From NCBI GenBank assembly GCA_973895155.1, contig OZ316893.1, positions 27,538,210-27,602,209 on the forward strand: a DNA stretch of 64,000 nucleotides, given 5' to 3'. Of the stretch, positions 13,701 through 28,070 are shown piece after piece. Under the pieces are notes generated by a model. The model saw only the letters and a list, made by a program, of their open reading frames with translations. It searched no databases and had not been told where the DNA came from. Both the position numbers and the translations under genes were made by a program. Numbering within the stretch: position 1 is the stretch's first letter; every line of letters starts with the position of its first letter. The DNA is from Marsupella aquatica (lineage: Eukaryota > Plantae > Marchantiophyta).

Positions 13701-16700
13701 CAGCAAAATACTTGATGGGCCCTCTAGCTAAAGACATTCCTGACGAGCCCCTAAGTTTTCAACTAGTATGTGGGTCCGGCTCAATTTTTTTAACATAGTG
13801 GTAATATTGTATTTGTTTGTTTTACTAACTCCAAGACTAACTCTCTTTCTTGGTTATCAAGTTTGCCAAAACTCTATGATGTGCCCAAATACACTGCCAA
13901 GAATTTGGAAGGAGCTTTAGCGTCCTACATAATATTGTCATCATTTGTTTGTCTCCACCTCTCTCATGTTCTTTTCACCTCTCTATGTAATTCATATTGC
14001 AACTCCTCACTTTAGCAATCACCTGGCTTGTTTGAGTGACAAATTATTCATCACAAGGGTGAGCAACGAACTATCTTGGAGGCAAGGAGCTAGGCAATCA
14101 CCTGCACTTCATTGTCTTGCAATGTTTTTGTGCAATGGATAATTATGCATTGCACTTGTCTATAAAATTATGAGATGTTTTTAAAAGTATTTGAAGTTTG
14201 CATAATAAAAGTTGACATCACTAACAAACAAATTCATAAACTCAAAAACTATTTATAGCATTGGTTTTTTAATTGTTTTTTTTAGACAAGTATACTTTTT
14301 GTTTGGAAAGTGTAATTTATTCATCATGATTTGTCTAATAATGATAAAAACAAAATTCTCATCAATTTTAATGGCAAATGGCAACAAAGAAAAAACCCAT
14401 AAGTGTAGAATCATAATCATCATGTTGGGAAAAGAGTAACTTTATATAAGACACCTTCATAAGAGAAGAAACATACTAATTTCATTTCTGTTTTTTAAAT
14501 GTATGTTTTACTAATCAATAGAAAGTCATAGCCTTATTTTTGTAGAGATTTTATAATAATAGAATAATTTAATGTTTTGAGAATAGTTGATTAGTCTTGA
14601 ATGTGCAAGTGAGTTTTGACATTAATATATATGCTTATAACTTTTTTGGTGTGTATTCAAGGAATATGTTTGAATAAGACCTAGCGGGAGCTACACTCAA
14701 GTGGCATACAAGATATTTTTTTAAGATTTCTCATGGTGACTACCATCAAGGTAAATGTTTATATCAGTGCATGTTTTTATGACTAGAATTTGTGTTTATT
14801 TGTTATTTGTGAAGTGACTTGATATTTTGTCCATTCAATTGACATGAGCAATTTTGTGCGAGTTTGTAGACAAATTTTGGCATCACTAAGAAACAACCCC
14901 AAGCTATCATCTAAGCTTGAAATAGAGGTTTGTTTCTCTCTTTATTCCTCGTTGAATAAATGTGATTGCTAAAGTTGTTCACTCATAGAGCTAAATCAAA
15001 CATGAATCTATCTATACTTTAAAATCTAATTTTCACATATGTAATATTTATCATAATAGTGTTTATTTTCAAATAAATTATCAGATTAGCTAAAAATTTG
15101 TAGCATTATCATATATGGATGTGCAAATATTAGTATATTAATTATTTGCCACAACACTTACCTTTTATTTGAATCAACACAATAGATTTATGCAATCTTA
15201 ACAAAACTGTAAGTAATTGTAATTTGCAATTTATTTGTGGAAAGCAATGCTCTTGGTAGGTAGATGAGTCTTTTGTAAATCTTGTTTCATTTTGTTATGG
15301 TTATCTTAGGGCATTACAGATTAAGAAAGTGAAATTTGCCCTTTGTTGGATTCCAAAAATGGAGAAGTTAGCTCTTTGTACCTAAAATTATTTACTTAAG
15401 TTTATTATCAATCAGGTACCATAATTATAAGGTCCATATCATATTGTTCAAGTTAAGGCAATAAACTATAGTACACACATGCAGAGGTCGGTGTAATGTT
15501 TGACCCTAATTGTAACTTCAAAATCAATATAAAGTTACAAGTTAAGGCATTCTGGTACACACATCCGCAAGGGTCGGTGTATTGTTTGACCCCAGTTGTA
15601 ACTTCAAAATCAATATAAAGTTACAAGTTAAGGCATCCTGGTACACACATCTGCAAGGGTCGGTGTACTGTTTGACCCCAATTGTAACTTATAAAATCAA
15701 TATAAGGCTACAAGTTAAGGCATTCTGATACACACATCCGCAAGGGTTGGTGGTGTATTGTTTGACCCCATTTGTAACTTCAAAATCAATATAAAGTTAC
15801 AAGTTAAGGCTTTTAGTACACACATCTACAAGGGTCGGTGTACTGGTTGACCCTAGTTGTAACTTATAAAATCAATATAAGGTAACTACAAGTTAAGACA
15901 TTATGGTACACACATCTACAAGGGTTAGTGTACTGGTTGACCCTAGTTGTAACTTCAAAATCAAAATTAGGTTATCCGGGAAGGTTACAAGTCAAGGCAT
16001 TTTGGTACACACATCTACAAGGGTCTTTATGATGTTTGATCCCAATTGTAACTTCAAAATCAATAAGGTCATAAGTTAAAGCACTTGGTACACATATATT
16101 CAAGGGTTTGAGTATTGTTTGACAAGTTGTAACTTAAAAACAAGGTTATAATACTCTAGAGTTTACATTCCAAAAATCTAACATTCAATACCACTTCAGA
16201 ACAATATTTTCATAACCGGACCCTTCCACATGTTAACATTGTAATAATCCTTACATTAAACTTCAATGTAAGGTTCCCATGATCAAACCCTCGCTTATTC
16301 ACCTCACCTTCCTCATGATCTTTCACCCCTACTTATATTTCTAATATTCTTTCCCATTTTACTTGTATGGCTTCAAGAGGTTGAGAAAATGCTTTATATG
16401 TTGCTTACCAAGCTTATTTTATTTGATTGTAATTAAATTGCCTTTTAAAATATACCTAATACCCAAGCTGGAGATTTTTCAAATATGGATTTTTTTCAAA
16501 GCCGACCTACTGCCCAAGTTCTTCTTATTCCTTAGGCACCATAAAGGGCATAATCTAGTTATGTCAACATCCAAGCATGGATAGGTTTAGTTTAATAGAG
16601 TTGTTTGTGTCGAGAAGTGACATTACTCTTCACACGAGGTTTCACACACAAAAGCAACATAGATCATTGGATTCAAAACATCTAATGGTGTAAAAGTTCT

Positions 16701-18046
16701 TTTTGAGCTAAGAGACCACACGAGTATTCACACACAAAATAAATCTGGATGGTTGGATTCATGACATCTAATGGTAGGAAAACTCATTTTCAGTTGAGAG
16801 GCCACACGAGCCTTCACACGAGTCTTCACACACCAAATGGATGTAGATGGTTGGATTCAAACCATCTAATGGTTGGATATTTACAGGGTGACGTGGAATT
16901 TTGACAGAATTTTCAGATTTACAGAAGTCTCTAACTGGACCCGTAAATATACTTATTTAAGGAGCTCCTTGTCCCCCTAACCCTTTCTCAGGACCTGTCA
17001 TATTATTTTTTTCATTTTTTAATTGTAACATATTGTAGAACTATGTAGGTTAGTCCACCAGATGTATTGTCTAGAAGCATATTCTAGTGTTCACCCCATA
17101 TTGTCTTCCCCTACCTCCCTGGCGAATGCTCCCCCCATGCCTCCGTCAGTGCATTGCCTCCCCTCCCCTCCCTGCCTCATCATTAGCTTCCTCCCTTGTG
17201 AATCCCCTTGACCTTAGCAATTCCCTCCCCCTCTTTCTTCATTATGGACAATTCCCCCTAGCAAATGCTCCCCGGGATATGGGCCAGCCTTCCTTGCACA
17301 GTGCAACTCCACACAGGTCTGAGGTCTCATAAGTATATAACTTATGTATAAAGTATTTAGCCCTTCTCACTCCCATATTCATTTGTTTCATGTTTTGAAA
17401 AACTTCAACAAGGGAAAGTACTTCATTTTTGCTCTCTTGAGTTATTTTCTCTCAATTTTTTGGAATTACTCATACCTGAAAGTATTTCTCCAAAGCATAG
17501 TCTTACCTGAACTTTAGGAAGGTGACCAATAGTTTTGGGTTCTATTTTTTTAAAGTGTTTTTTTGCAAATAAATCATGTGGGACTTAAACAATTCCTTGA
17601 TACTATTTTTCCAATTTTTGTTATTGGAAATATTCACCTTAGAAGTGAGCATTTCCTTGGTGTCAATTTTGCGATATTATCTTTAAATGTGAGCACCTAG
17701 GTAGAGTATTTCAGGCAATTTACGCAATGCCTCTTAAACAACAATTTTATTCTTTAGCTTAGTACACAAGGCATTAATTGAATTCACAAGGCATCAATTG
17801 AATTCATAAAAATGAGCATATAGGATGCACCTGGTAACAAGCAGTGTACAAAAGAGAGTACACTGAAAATTGCTTCTAGAGAGTATATCTAATGGACTGA
17901 CGTAGATAATTGTAAAAATGGAAAAAATAATAAGACAGGTCCTGAGAAATGGTTGACGAGGGGCCTTGAGCATTAAGTATACTTGAAAAGTTAGGGGCTA
18001 GTCAGAAATATTGTTAGCTAGGCCCCGCCCATCAAGTATTTTGCTG
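13701..18046. mobile_element. Putative non-autonomous DNA transposon bounded by ~70-bp imperfect inverted repeats
   Basis: cagcaaaatacttgatggg...agcccctaagttttcaa (13701-13765) vs its reverse complement at ~17980-18046. A second inner inverted pair lies at ~16981-17026 / ~17908-17953. No TSD or transposase seen. Confidence 0.5.
15445..16150. repeat. Tandem minisatellite, ~75-bp unit, about 9 copies
   Basis: Repeated aagttaaggcattctggtacacacatc..caagggtcggtgta.tgtttgaccc.agttgtaacttcaaaatcaatataaagttac. Confidence 0.9.
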
Positions 18047-18468
18047 CAAAAAACCGTAGGCTGAGGTGACAAAAGTGACTGTGTAGTAGCACTCCTCAGG
18101 TTTTACTGTGTAGTCTCGCCAGCCCCAGCCCCTCTAAGCCACAAAAATGTACTTGATTGCCAGTGGCCTCTCACAGAAATGTTTGTGATCACCTCCTCCT
18201 CACATACCTGTGTACTAAGTAATTGGCCCCTCCTTGGCAGTAGGTGTATTTGGACCCGTGGATATGTTCAATTCCCTTGCATATAACCCAGCACATAACT
18301 ACTTTAAATGCTCATAATTTGGTAATTAACAATGATTTAGTTTCTCACATGGCCTAAGTTTTCCTCAAAGCTTTTCTTTTTTCCAGTTCAAACAATTTGG
18401 ATGCATAGATGGGTTCAATTCCCTTGCACATAACTACTTTACATTCACGTTGCTAACAATGATTTAGT

Positions 18469-18821
18469 TGTTGAGCATAGATGACAATCGCAACGGCAAG
18501 CCCATGAATCATCCAACGTACAAGAGTCGACACAGAGAGATACGTGGTTCACCTCCACATGATCAAGGCTATGTCCATGGGAACACACAAGAGCTTTACT
18601 GCACTCTAGGCCGACCGGCCATACCAAGCATCCACGTACAGTGCAAGCTCTCCCTATCTCTCAACTAGCTCCGTAACAATGACCCTGAGTTCCCACTCTC
18701 CAAGCAGACACCGCCTGGTTATAGAGTGTGCACAGCATGACTAACCTAACCAAGTCTACGACTAAGGTTAGCCTTAATTACGGTACAGTCGTAACTCTAG
18801 ACCTAAGAGTAAATCCTAACA
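18469..18821 (-). repeat. 3' LTR of copia A (minus strand)
   Basis: Reverse complement of 4647-4992. On the minus strand it is preceded by a PPT-like GGGAGAT and followed by ACTAA. Confidence 0.9.
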
Positions 18822-21800
18822 ATCTCCCATGGCTTGACTCTGGTCTAGCGGAGGGTAAAGACTGCTACCCTGACTGCTACCAATATGATTGCTCAGCGGG
18901 AAGTTCTGGAAAGAAAAACCAAACCGGTTTTTCCCTCTTTATACGAGAGTAGACCAGAACTAAGCCTAGCCTAATTCGAGGAATGAGCAAGAGCATATCT
19001 CAGTATCTACACAAATGTTAAGTAACCCTACAAAGTAGACCTCCAACTTATGCATCCACCTTCCAGTGTGAACACAGAACCTGTTGTTGACCTCCTCCAA
19101 TCCAAATCCTATGCATAGTACGTCAGCATCTACATAGCCCATCAATGATCTAGCATTATCAACATGTGCATCAAACAATAGACCATGATCCACGGTACCC
19201 TTCAGATACCAAATAATCCACTTCATTGCTTCCCAATGTACTTTCCCTGGATTCGACATGTACTTGCTCACCTTGCCCATAGCCATGGCAAGATCAGGTC
19301 TAGTGCAAGTCATCAAATACATGAGACTCCCCACTGCCTTGTCATACGGAGCCTTTGACATCAACCCCTTTTCTATGTCATCTGTAAGACTGAAAGCTGA
19401 TGACAACTTGAAGTGTGGAGCCAACAGGGTACTTACTGGCTTGCTATCCCCCATGTTGAACCTTGCAATTACCTTCCTCGCATAACTGCTCTGCGTCAAC
19501 CATAGCTTGCCAGCCTCCAAGTCCCTAGTGATCATTCTCCATACCCAAAATCCTCTTAGCTAGCCCTAAGTCCTTCATCTTAAACTCTGCACTAAGCAGT
19601 GCCTTGAATGAGCTTAACAATCTCAGACCTATCCTTGGCCGCAATAAACATGTCATCCACATAAAGTACTAAAATAATGAATCCAAAGACAACATTCTTC
19701 ATCGGTTTAAGATACACACAAGGGTCAAATACGCACCCGTGAAAGCCTTGTGCACGAATCCAATCATCAAACCGCTTATTCCACTGTCTTGGTGATTGCT
19801 TCAACCTGTTGAACTATGACATCTTCCTTCCTGACGATCCAATCATTACTCATTCCATGCACACGTAGTCGACACAATCTCTACGTGGTTCACCTCTTCT
19901 TTAAGGCTACGTCCACACGAACACTCAAGCTTTACTTCAAGAGTAGACAAACACACATGCTCTCCCTCTTCCTCAAGTTGCTCCGTTACAATGAGTAAGC
20001 ACCACACACCAACGGCTTACACTAGCCTTGGTATATACAAGGTCACACACAACTAACCTAACCTCAGCTAAGACCCTAACTGTGGTTAGCCTAAGTACCG
20101 TAACCTTTGAGTCACAAGACTAAGAGCAATCCTTAACAAACTTCCCCTTGACTCTAGTCTTGGGGACTGCAATTTCTGCTATCCATATGAGATACTCAGC
20201 GGGAAATTCTAGACAATCACCTAAACCCATAGGTGTCCCCCTAGAAACCATTTAAGGTTAACTAAGGGTTAACTAGAATTAAGCCGTAGCCATAACAGGA
20301 TTGAGTAACCCATATATAGAAATTATATATTGTTAAGTTACTCTCCTACTGCTGCAAATGCAAAACTTGCAAAGTAGCACAGTGCCTTGAGTAACTCTCC
20401 AAAAGAATCATTTTGGTAAAAGCATCAGCCGGGTTGAGCTTTCCATCAATCTTGACTAGCTCAAACATTTTATCAGACATTGCTTGCCTAATAAAATGGT
20501 ACTTGATGTCAATGTGCTTCACCCTACTATCCATAACCTGGTTAATAGCTAGGTGAAGCGCACTCTGGCTGTCACAATGAAGAGCCATTTTTCCATGCTC
20601 CAATCCCATCTCAGTGACCAGCTTATCCAACCAAATTGCTTCCTTTGCTGCTTCTGCTGCTGCAACATATTTTGCCTGTAGTAGACTGAGATACACACTT
20701 CTGCAAGGTAGATCTCCAACTTATGCATCCTCCTCCAAGAGTAAACATATACCCAGTTGTTGACCTCCTTGTTTCCAAACAGCCTCCGTAGTCAGAATCT
20801 ACATAGCCAACCAAAGATTTGGTTTTGTTTGATCTACTTTCAAACAACAGACCATAGTCTATTGTGCCTTTAAGATACCTGAGGATCCATTTCACAGCCT
20901 CTCAGTGTACCTTCCCTGGATTTGACATGAATCTACTAACTTTGCCCGTTGCTAGGGCTAGATCAAGCGTGGTACATGTCTTCAAATACATTAGACTGCC
21001 CACTACTTCTCATAAGGAACCTTATTCATCAAGCCTCTCTCCACTGGATCCGTGGGGCAGAAAGCCGATGATAACTTGAAATGTGGAGCCAAATGAATAC
21101 TTACTGGCTTACAATTTTCCATGTTGAATCTTGCAAGTACCTTTTCAGCATACTTGCCTTGATTCAGCCACAACTGTCCAGTTTCAAAGTTCCTCGTAAT
21201 CTCCATACCTAAGATCCTTTTGGCTTTCCCAAGATCCTTCATTCAGAATTCAGAATTTAATTTTGCTTTGAGTTTTTTAACCTTAGTTTGATCCTTAGCC
21301 GCAATCAACATGTCATCCATGTAGAGCACCAAAATGAGTAAACCAAACACACCATTCTTGACTGATTTTGTATACACACAAGGGTCATATACCATTCTAG
21401 TGAATCCTTGTGCAAGCATGAAATCATCAAATCGCTTATTCCACTGCCGAGGAGCTTGCTTCAATCCATCCAGGGTCTGAAATGCTTGCCTCATGATATG
21501 AAGACGGTTCTCCTTCTTCCAAGATCAGTGCTCTGTCAACATCATCAGGTGCAATGTCAGCATCATCTAACCTTGATGAATCTATCCATTGTCCATACCT
21601 TGTAGGAGCTCGAGTAGTTTGCCTTGATTTTCTAGCTGATGATTGTGGCTGATCTTGCTCTGTTGGTTGATTTTGAGGTATTCCAACAACCTGCTCCTCT
21701 TGTTCCATCACTAGAACCAGCTCCATTATTGGAGCACCTCCTTCAACTATGTCATAAAAACCCTCATGACCAATCTCCCCCTCAACATGGTCCAAGATAG

Positions 21801-23329
21801 GAGATTTACCTTTGTCAGTACGGGAAGTCTGAGCATTCTCCCCCTCCTTTGATGATCGGGATCATTAAAGGATACATCTCTACTGACAAGCAACCTGGAA
21901 GCTGCTGGATCCCATAGCCTGTAACCTTTCACATCCTTTTGATAACCAAGAAAAATACACTTCTTGGAAGTCGGATCTAGTTTAGATTGATTTTGCTTAG
22001 GTGTAAGAGCATATGCATCACTTCCAAAGACTCTCAAAATGTGATAGTCTGCTTGCCGTCCATACCTCATTTCAAACGGCGTCTTGAAATTGATTGCACT
22101 TGAAGGAGAAAGATTTACCAAATAAGTTGCCGTATTTATAACTTCAGCCCAAATTTTATGTGGTAAACCTGATTGACTCAACATACTTCTCGATCGCTCC
22201 AATAGTGTTCGGTTCAGCCGCTCAGAAACACCATTCTGTTGAGGAGTATAAATTGTCGTGAGATGACGAGTAATCCCTTGCTCTGCACAATACAGTTCAA
22301 ATTCACTTGAACCGTACTCCTCGCCGTTATCTGATCACAGATATGTCACCTTGGATCCAGTCTGATTCTCAATTTGGGCTTTTCACTTTGTAAAAGTGCC
22401 AAAAACCTCTGACTTGGCGTGTAGAAATATGATCCACACATACCTTGAGTAATCATCAATGAACGTGACATAGTACAATTTTCCGGAAACACTAGTAGAA
22501 AATGGGGCCTTTTATGACTATGACACATATGACTTATGTGCCCAAATGACAATATATGTCAATGAGAGGACATGAATGACACATAAATGACTGTCTATAA
22601 TGACATAGTGAAGAAAATGACTAGTAATTGCAATAGAGTCATTTAAACCAATTAGCAAAATGACTTTGACTTCTATAATGACAACACTGATGAGTTATAG
22701 TCATTTTGGACAGTCTTTGTCAATGACACAATTGACAACAACCCTGTCATATCAATGTTTTACATTTGGGAAGTCATTTGGACGACGGTGACTAATGACT
22801 AAAAAAACAAATATGCAAATATCAGTGTTTAGTAGTTATTTAAACCAAAAGTGATAAATGACATGATAAACAATATATGACTATTTTGAGGTTTAGGGTT
22901 TAGTATTTGATTTAGGGTTTTAGGGTATGATAAGTCATCCACATGCATGGTAGTATAAAGACAGGGGGCACATACATATTAGATTTTAAATACATTTAGA
23001 GACTCAACAAACCTTGCTTTTCTTGTGAGTTTCATAATGGATATACAACTTAAAGGCTCCATCATCTCTAGTAAGTATGTATCTATAGTACTTGCACCCA
23101 TTCGTTACATCTTTCCTATATATGCAAAGGACTCTGGAAGTGTTACCATTCACATTTCACATATTGGAGTACCAGGGTATGCAAGGTTGCCAAATAACAC
23201 TCTCCGGCATACGTTTAGGGTTTAGGTACTAGATGCCTATATTTGCTTGTCATTTTTTCCAATTACTCCTATTATTTGCAAAGAATTAAGTCATTTATGC
23301 TTTGACTCAACTTTCTAGTCATTTGACAA

Positions 23330-25210
23330 CTGCTGAAAAATGTCATTTATGCAAATGACATGAAAATAGATCATTTGGGATATCAATGTTGTGGTCATAT
23401 ATGTCATGCACAATATGACTCCTAAGGGCCTCCAATGGCTGATTGGCAATAATGGTCATAGGGGCCGGCCATTCAGGATGCTATCCACTCCAAATGGTGC
23501 GGGATAGGGTACGCATCAACTCTGGGCCACTAGTTATCCCAATTCGGCCTTGCAATAGTTTTTATGACCCAAGTTTTGCACCTTGAAAGGGCATCATCCA
23601 AATTTGGGCAAAACACTCCCAAGGTGTATGACTTTGAACAAATGTGGCATCGACTTTGAAATGATTTGCCCAAAGGGGTGCAAACTACTTGCATTTTGTC
23701 ATTTGCAAGGGATTTTGGGTCATTTATGCGCGTGACTGAATGTTTTGGTCATTTATGGAGTCTTGTGAGATGTCATTCATGCGTATGACACAAAAAGAAG
23801 TCATTGATGACGTCAATGTTGCAACCATGCATGTCGCAGACAATATGACTCGTTGGGGCCTCAGGGGGATGATTGGCCATATTCGTGCTGGTAGCCAGCC
23901 ATTAAGGATGCTAACCACCCCACTTGGTGTGGGATAGGGTACTTGTCAACCCTGGGCCACTAGCTATGCCACTTTGCCTTTACAAACCTTTTTGAGGTAT
24001 ACTTTTTGCACCGTGGAAGGGCATCACCCAACTTTGGGCAAAACACTCCCAAGTTGTATGACTTTGGAGTGATTTTCCCAAAGGGGTCCAATTCACTTGC
24101 TTTTTGTCATTGGCAAGGGATTCCAAGTCATTTATACTTGTGACTGAATGTTTTGGTCATTTTATGAGTGCCGCAACATGTCATTTATGCAAATGACATG
24201 GAAACATGTCATTTGGGATGTCAATATTGTGGTCATGTATGCCATGCATAATATGACTCCGGAGGGCCTTGAGGGGCTGATTGGCCATATTGGTGGTAGG
24301 AGCCCGCAATTAAAAATGCTACCCACTCCACATGGTGCGGGATAGGGTACTCATCGACCCTGGGCCACTAGTTATGCCATTTTTCCTTCACAACCCTTTT
24401 TGACATATACTTTTTGCACCATGGAAGGGCATCACCCAACTTTGGGCAAAACACTCCCAAGTTGTATGACTTTGGAGTGATTTTCCCAAAGGGGTCCAAT
24501 TCACTTGCTTTTTGTCATTGGCAAGGGATTCCAAGTCATTTATACTTGTGACTGAATGTTTTGGTCATTTTATGAGTGCTGCAACACGTCATTTATGAAA
24601 ATGACATGGAAACATGTCATTTGGGATGTCAATATTGTGGTCATGTATGCCATGCATAATATGACTCCGGAGGGCCTTGAGGGGCTGATTGGCCATATTG
24701 GTGGTAGGAGCCCGCAATTAAAAATGCTACCCACTCCACATGGTGCGGGATAGGGTGTTCATCAACCATGGGCCACTAGTTATGCCACTTTGCATCCACA
24801 AACCTTTTTGAGGTATACGTTTTGCACCATGGAACCTGGGCATCACCCAACTTTGGGCAAAACACTCCCAAGTTGTATGGCTTTGGAGTTATTTGCCCAA
24901 AGTGGTGCAAGTGGCTCTCATATTGTCATTTGCAAGAACTTATGGGTCATTTGTGCGCGTGACTGAATATTTGAGTCATAAATCTATGGAGTGCTATGAG
25001 ACATCATTTTTGCAAATGACATGATGTGAACGTACAAGTCATTGATGATGGCAATCTAGTAGTCACACAATAAGCCATGGATAATATGACTTGTTAGAGC
25101 CTGAGCTAGCATTTGATTGGCTATATCTTGGGGATGAACCCCACATTAAGTATGTCACCCACCCCAAATGGTGCGGGATAGGGTAATTGTGAACCCTGGT
25201 TACTAGTTAT
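23330..25210. repeat. Tandem repeat, ~408-bp unit, 4-5 copies, inside the CACTA
   Basis: Recurring ggtgcgggatagggta / gggccactagttat / tttgggcaaaacactcccaag. Similar ORF starts at 23740, 24148 and 24556 are exactly 408 bp apart. Confidence 0.9.
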
Positions 25211-27374
25211 TCCACTATGCGATATCCCTTTTCTGGGGTTGAGTCCTCCATTGTGTCATTTGTGCCCAATGGAGTGTTATAAAAGCCAATGATCTGAACT
25301 CCTGTCATTGACACAATCATATGTTGGATCATATCTACCAAATGACTCCAATACCCACCATTACACATGCCATTTTGTGCATCATTGATAGAGTATCATC
25401 AGAAAATGACCTGTTCAGGCAGAGGTTTAGAGTTGGGCCTTATAGTGGCATACATACGGCCCTACATACACCCAGGCATACACCACACTACCTGACAAGA
25501 ACAAGGTCACGAGGGTCCGAGACAAACAAAACTTGCTGACTTTTGGCTCCTAGTGGTAGTGCACAGTTACAATTTCTGGAGCCTTTGGATATGGAGCTCG
25601 ATATGGACGCTGAGTTCTTTTTATTTTGTACGTTTATTGGTCATTCCCTACTATGCCGTTGTTGGTGTAATTGTTGATGTCATTGGTGATGTCCCTTGAC
25701 CGTGCCTTTAGGTTGTTTGCACTCCATTTAGATTCAGGGTTTAGGGTCCCTAATTCAGATATAACATAAAGGGGTGGGTACAGGATTTAGTGTCTTTTTG
25801 TCCAAAGACTAGTTTAGACAGAGTCATCTGGCCAAACTCTAAACCATTAGTTTCATACATAAAGGGGAGGGTATAGGATTTAGTGTATTCTTCAAAGACG
25901 TTGTGGGAAAAGCAATAACCTGAAAAGTTCTAAGGGTTTAAAGTTTGGCTGGATGTGAATGGTTTGACAACTTTTTTTACATTGATTAAAATTGTTCTGA
26001 TACCCCAAATAAAAAAAACAGTTGTGCCCCAAATTCCCCTTTTCCATATTAAATAGTCTGGTAAAGGAAGGGCACAATAAAAATCACTAGTTTGCAATTT
26101 TCCTTGTCAGCTAGCCCATTTACACATTCTTTACAGGGTCTATAAGTCAAGCCTTGCACCCATGTACATTCCCTCACAACTTCTCACTTCTAATTTGGCT
26201 TTGGAACTCAACCCTTACACTTAAAAGGTCATTTAGATTGACTCGGGCCGGTGTCAACTTGGGTTCTAAAACCAAGCTTAACACCAATTTGTAATCTTTT
26301 TTACAGGCCTACAAGGAGCTACTTGTAGTGTAAAATGGCATTTACTACGTCTTCATTTTGCAGTTTCAAAATCTCACTCCCAGAAAGTGTTGCCTTCACT
26401 ACTTTGGGGTGCTTTAATTTAGGCTTTTCAAACTCTAATTAAATTCTATGGAGTTGTGGACCTAATGTCTATCTTTCACACTAATGACCCTAGTTTGTTC
26501 ACTCTTTTAGATGCACTTCTTCATCACAATAAATTTCTTCAGCTTTTTTATTAACTAGCCCATTTACACCCTGTTTACATATGATTTACACACTATTACA
26601 CCTCTGTTATAGGGTATTTAAGTCAAGACTTACACCCATGTAAATTTACTCATGAGTTTTCCAAGCTTGAGCACCGTCTATCCAATGGCCTGAGCCTGCG
26701 CTTGTACCTCACCTTTGTCTTTGGTAAGGGTTTCTTCCAACCTGGCATTCACCTTACCTTTGTCTTTTCTGAGGGTTTCTCCCAACCTGGGTGACGACTA
26801 CCTCCTGTCCTAGCCACCTTCCCGCCGCTACCCAATTTGAAAATGCAAGAGCTTCTTTCAATCGCTGAAACCTGCCCTGCTCACGGCTTCCTCCTGTCCT
26901 AGCGACCTTACAGCCGCTACCCAATTTGAAAATGCAAGAGCTTGTTTCAGTCTCGCTGAAACCTGCCCTGCTCATGAGCTCAGCACTTGCGCTAGCAAAA
27001 CTGCCTAATATTTCTTACGCCTAGCTTTCATGGTATCTAGTGGCAGTGGTGGAATATTTGAGGAGGAAGTGGATCGGGGACTCAAGGATAAGGCAGTGGC
27101 TCATTTGAACAATGCGTACCTTTGTAGTCAGAGCAAGGTCTCGTTGAATTGCACTACGACACAGACTCAGTGTTCCCTATTTTCTGCATTGTTCCATATG
27201 TTTGTGGGAGAATACAGAAGCTTTGGATAGACTTTTTCTATTTGTTTGAACCACAAATCTTGGTGTTGGAAGACTGTTTTGTTGGAAATCGATCTAGCTA
27301 TGTTGATACTCTTGCTCATGCGCCCAACAGCCATGGATCAACCTATTGGTGCCAAAGTCGTTCTAGTGTTCAAG

Positions 27375-28070
27375 TTTCTTCTCAATACGGTACGTGGATG
27401 TTTTCAAGTTCCAATGTCCGCACAATGAATTGCAAAATCCATTTTTCAAATTACTCACTCGATTCTTGATGAACGTTGACAATCATTGGCTCATTAGAAT
27501 TGTCTCTTGAAGATCTTTCCAATGATGTATTCCACGCAGAATTTCATTAGGATTTGACTCGGGAATGTCAAATCAAAAATTGCTGTCAAAACAGGTTCTA
27601 CGAAAATCTGAGAAATTCAATTTAGTGTAACTTTTTCAAATCTTAAGTAAAATCTGCGATGTTGGAGTGGTTAGAAGCGGATTTAACAGATCTTTCTGAT
27701 GCACCATGCCACAACCATTCAACTCTTGAAGTTTCTCCTCAGTACAGTACGTGGATGTTTTCAAGCTTCACTGTCCATACGTACAATGAACTGCAAAATC
27801 CATTTTTCAAATTACTCACTCGATTCTTGATGAATGTTGACAATCATTGGCTCATTAGAATTGTCTCTTGAAGATCTTTCCAATGATGTATTCCACGCAG
27901 AATTTCATTAGGATTTGACTCGGGAATGTCAAATCGAAAATTGCTGTCAAAAAAGGTTCTGCGAAAATCTAAGAAATTCAATTTAGTGTAACTATTTCAA
28001 ATCTTAAGCAAAATTTGCGATCTTGGAGTCTTTAGAAGCAGATTGAAGAGATCATCCTAATGCATCATAG
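27375..28070. repeat. Tandem duplication (~360 bp) inside the CACTA
   Basis: gtacgtggatgttttcaag...ctcactcgattcttgatgaa...gatttgactcgggaatgtcaaatc is present twice. Confidence 0.85.

Noticed and set aside
15445-16150. Regular repeat array that could look like a CRISPR
   Set aside because: The whole ~75-bp unit repeats with no unique spacers, there are no cas genes, and the context is eukaryotic. It is a minisatellite.
22890-22926. TTTAGGG telomere-like repeats
   Set aside because: Only a few imperfect copies inside the CACTA subterminal region; not a telomere.
23724-24753. Repeated 65-aa ORFs (MFWSF...)
   Set aside because: By-products of the 408-bp tandem repeat; no recognisable domain.
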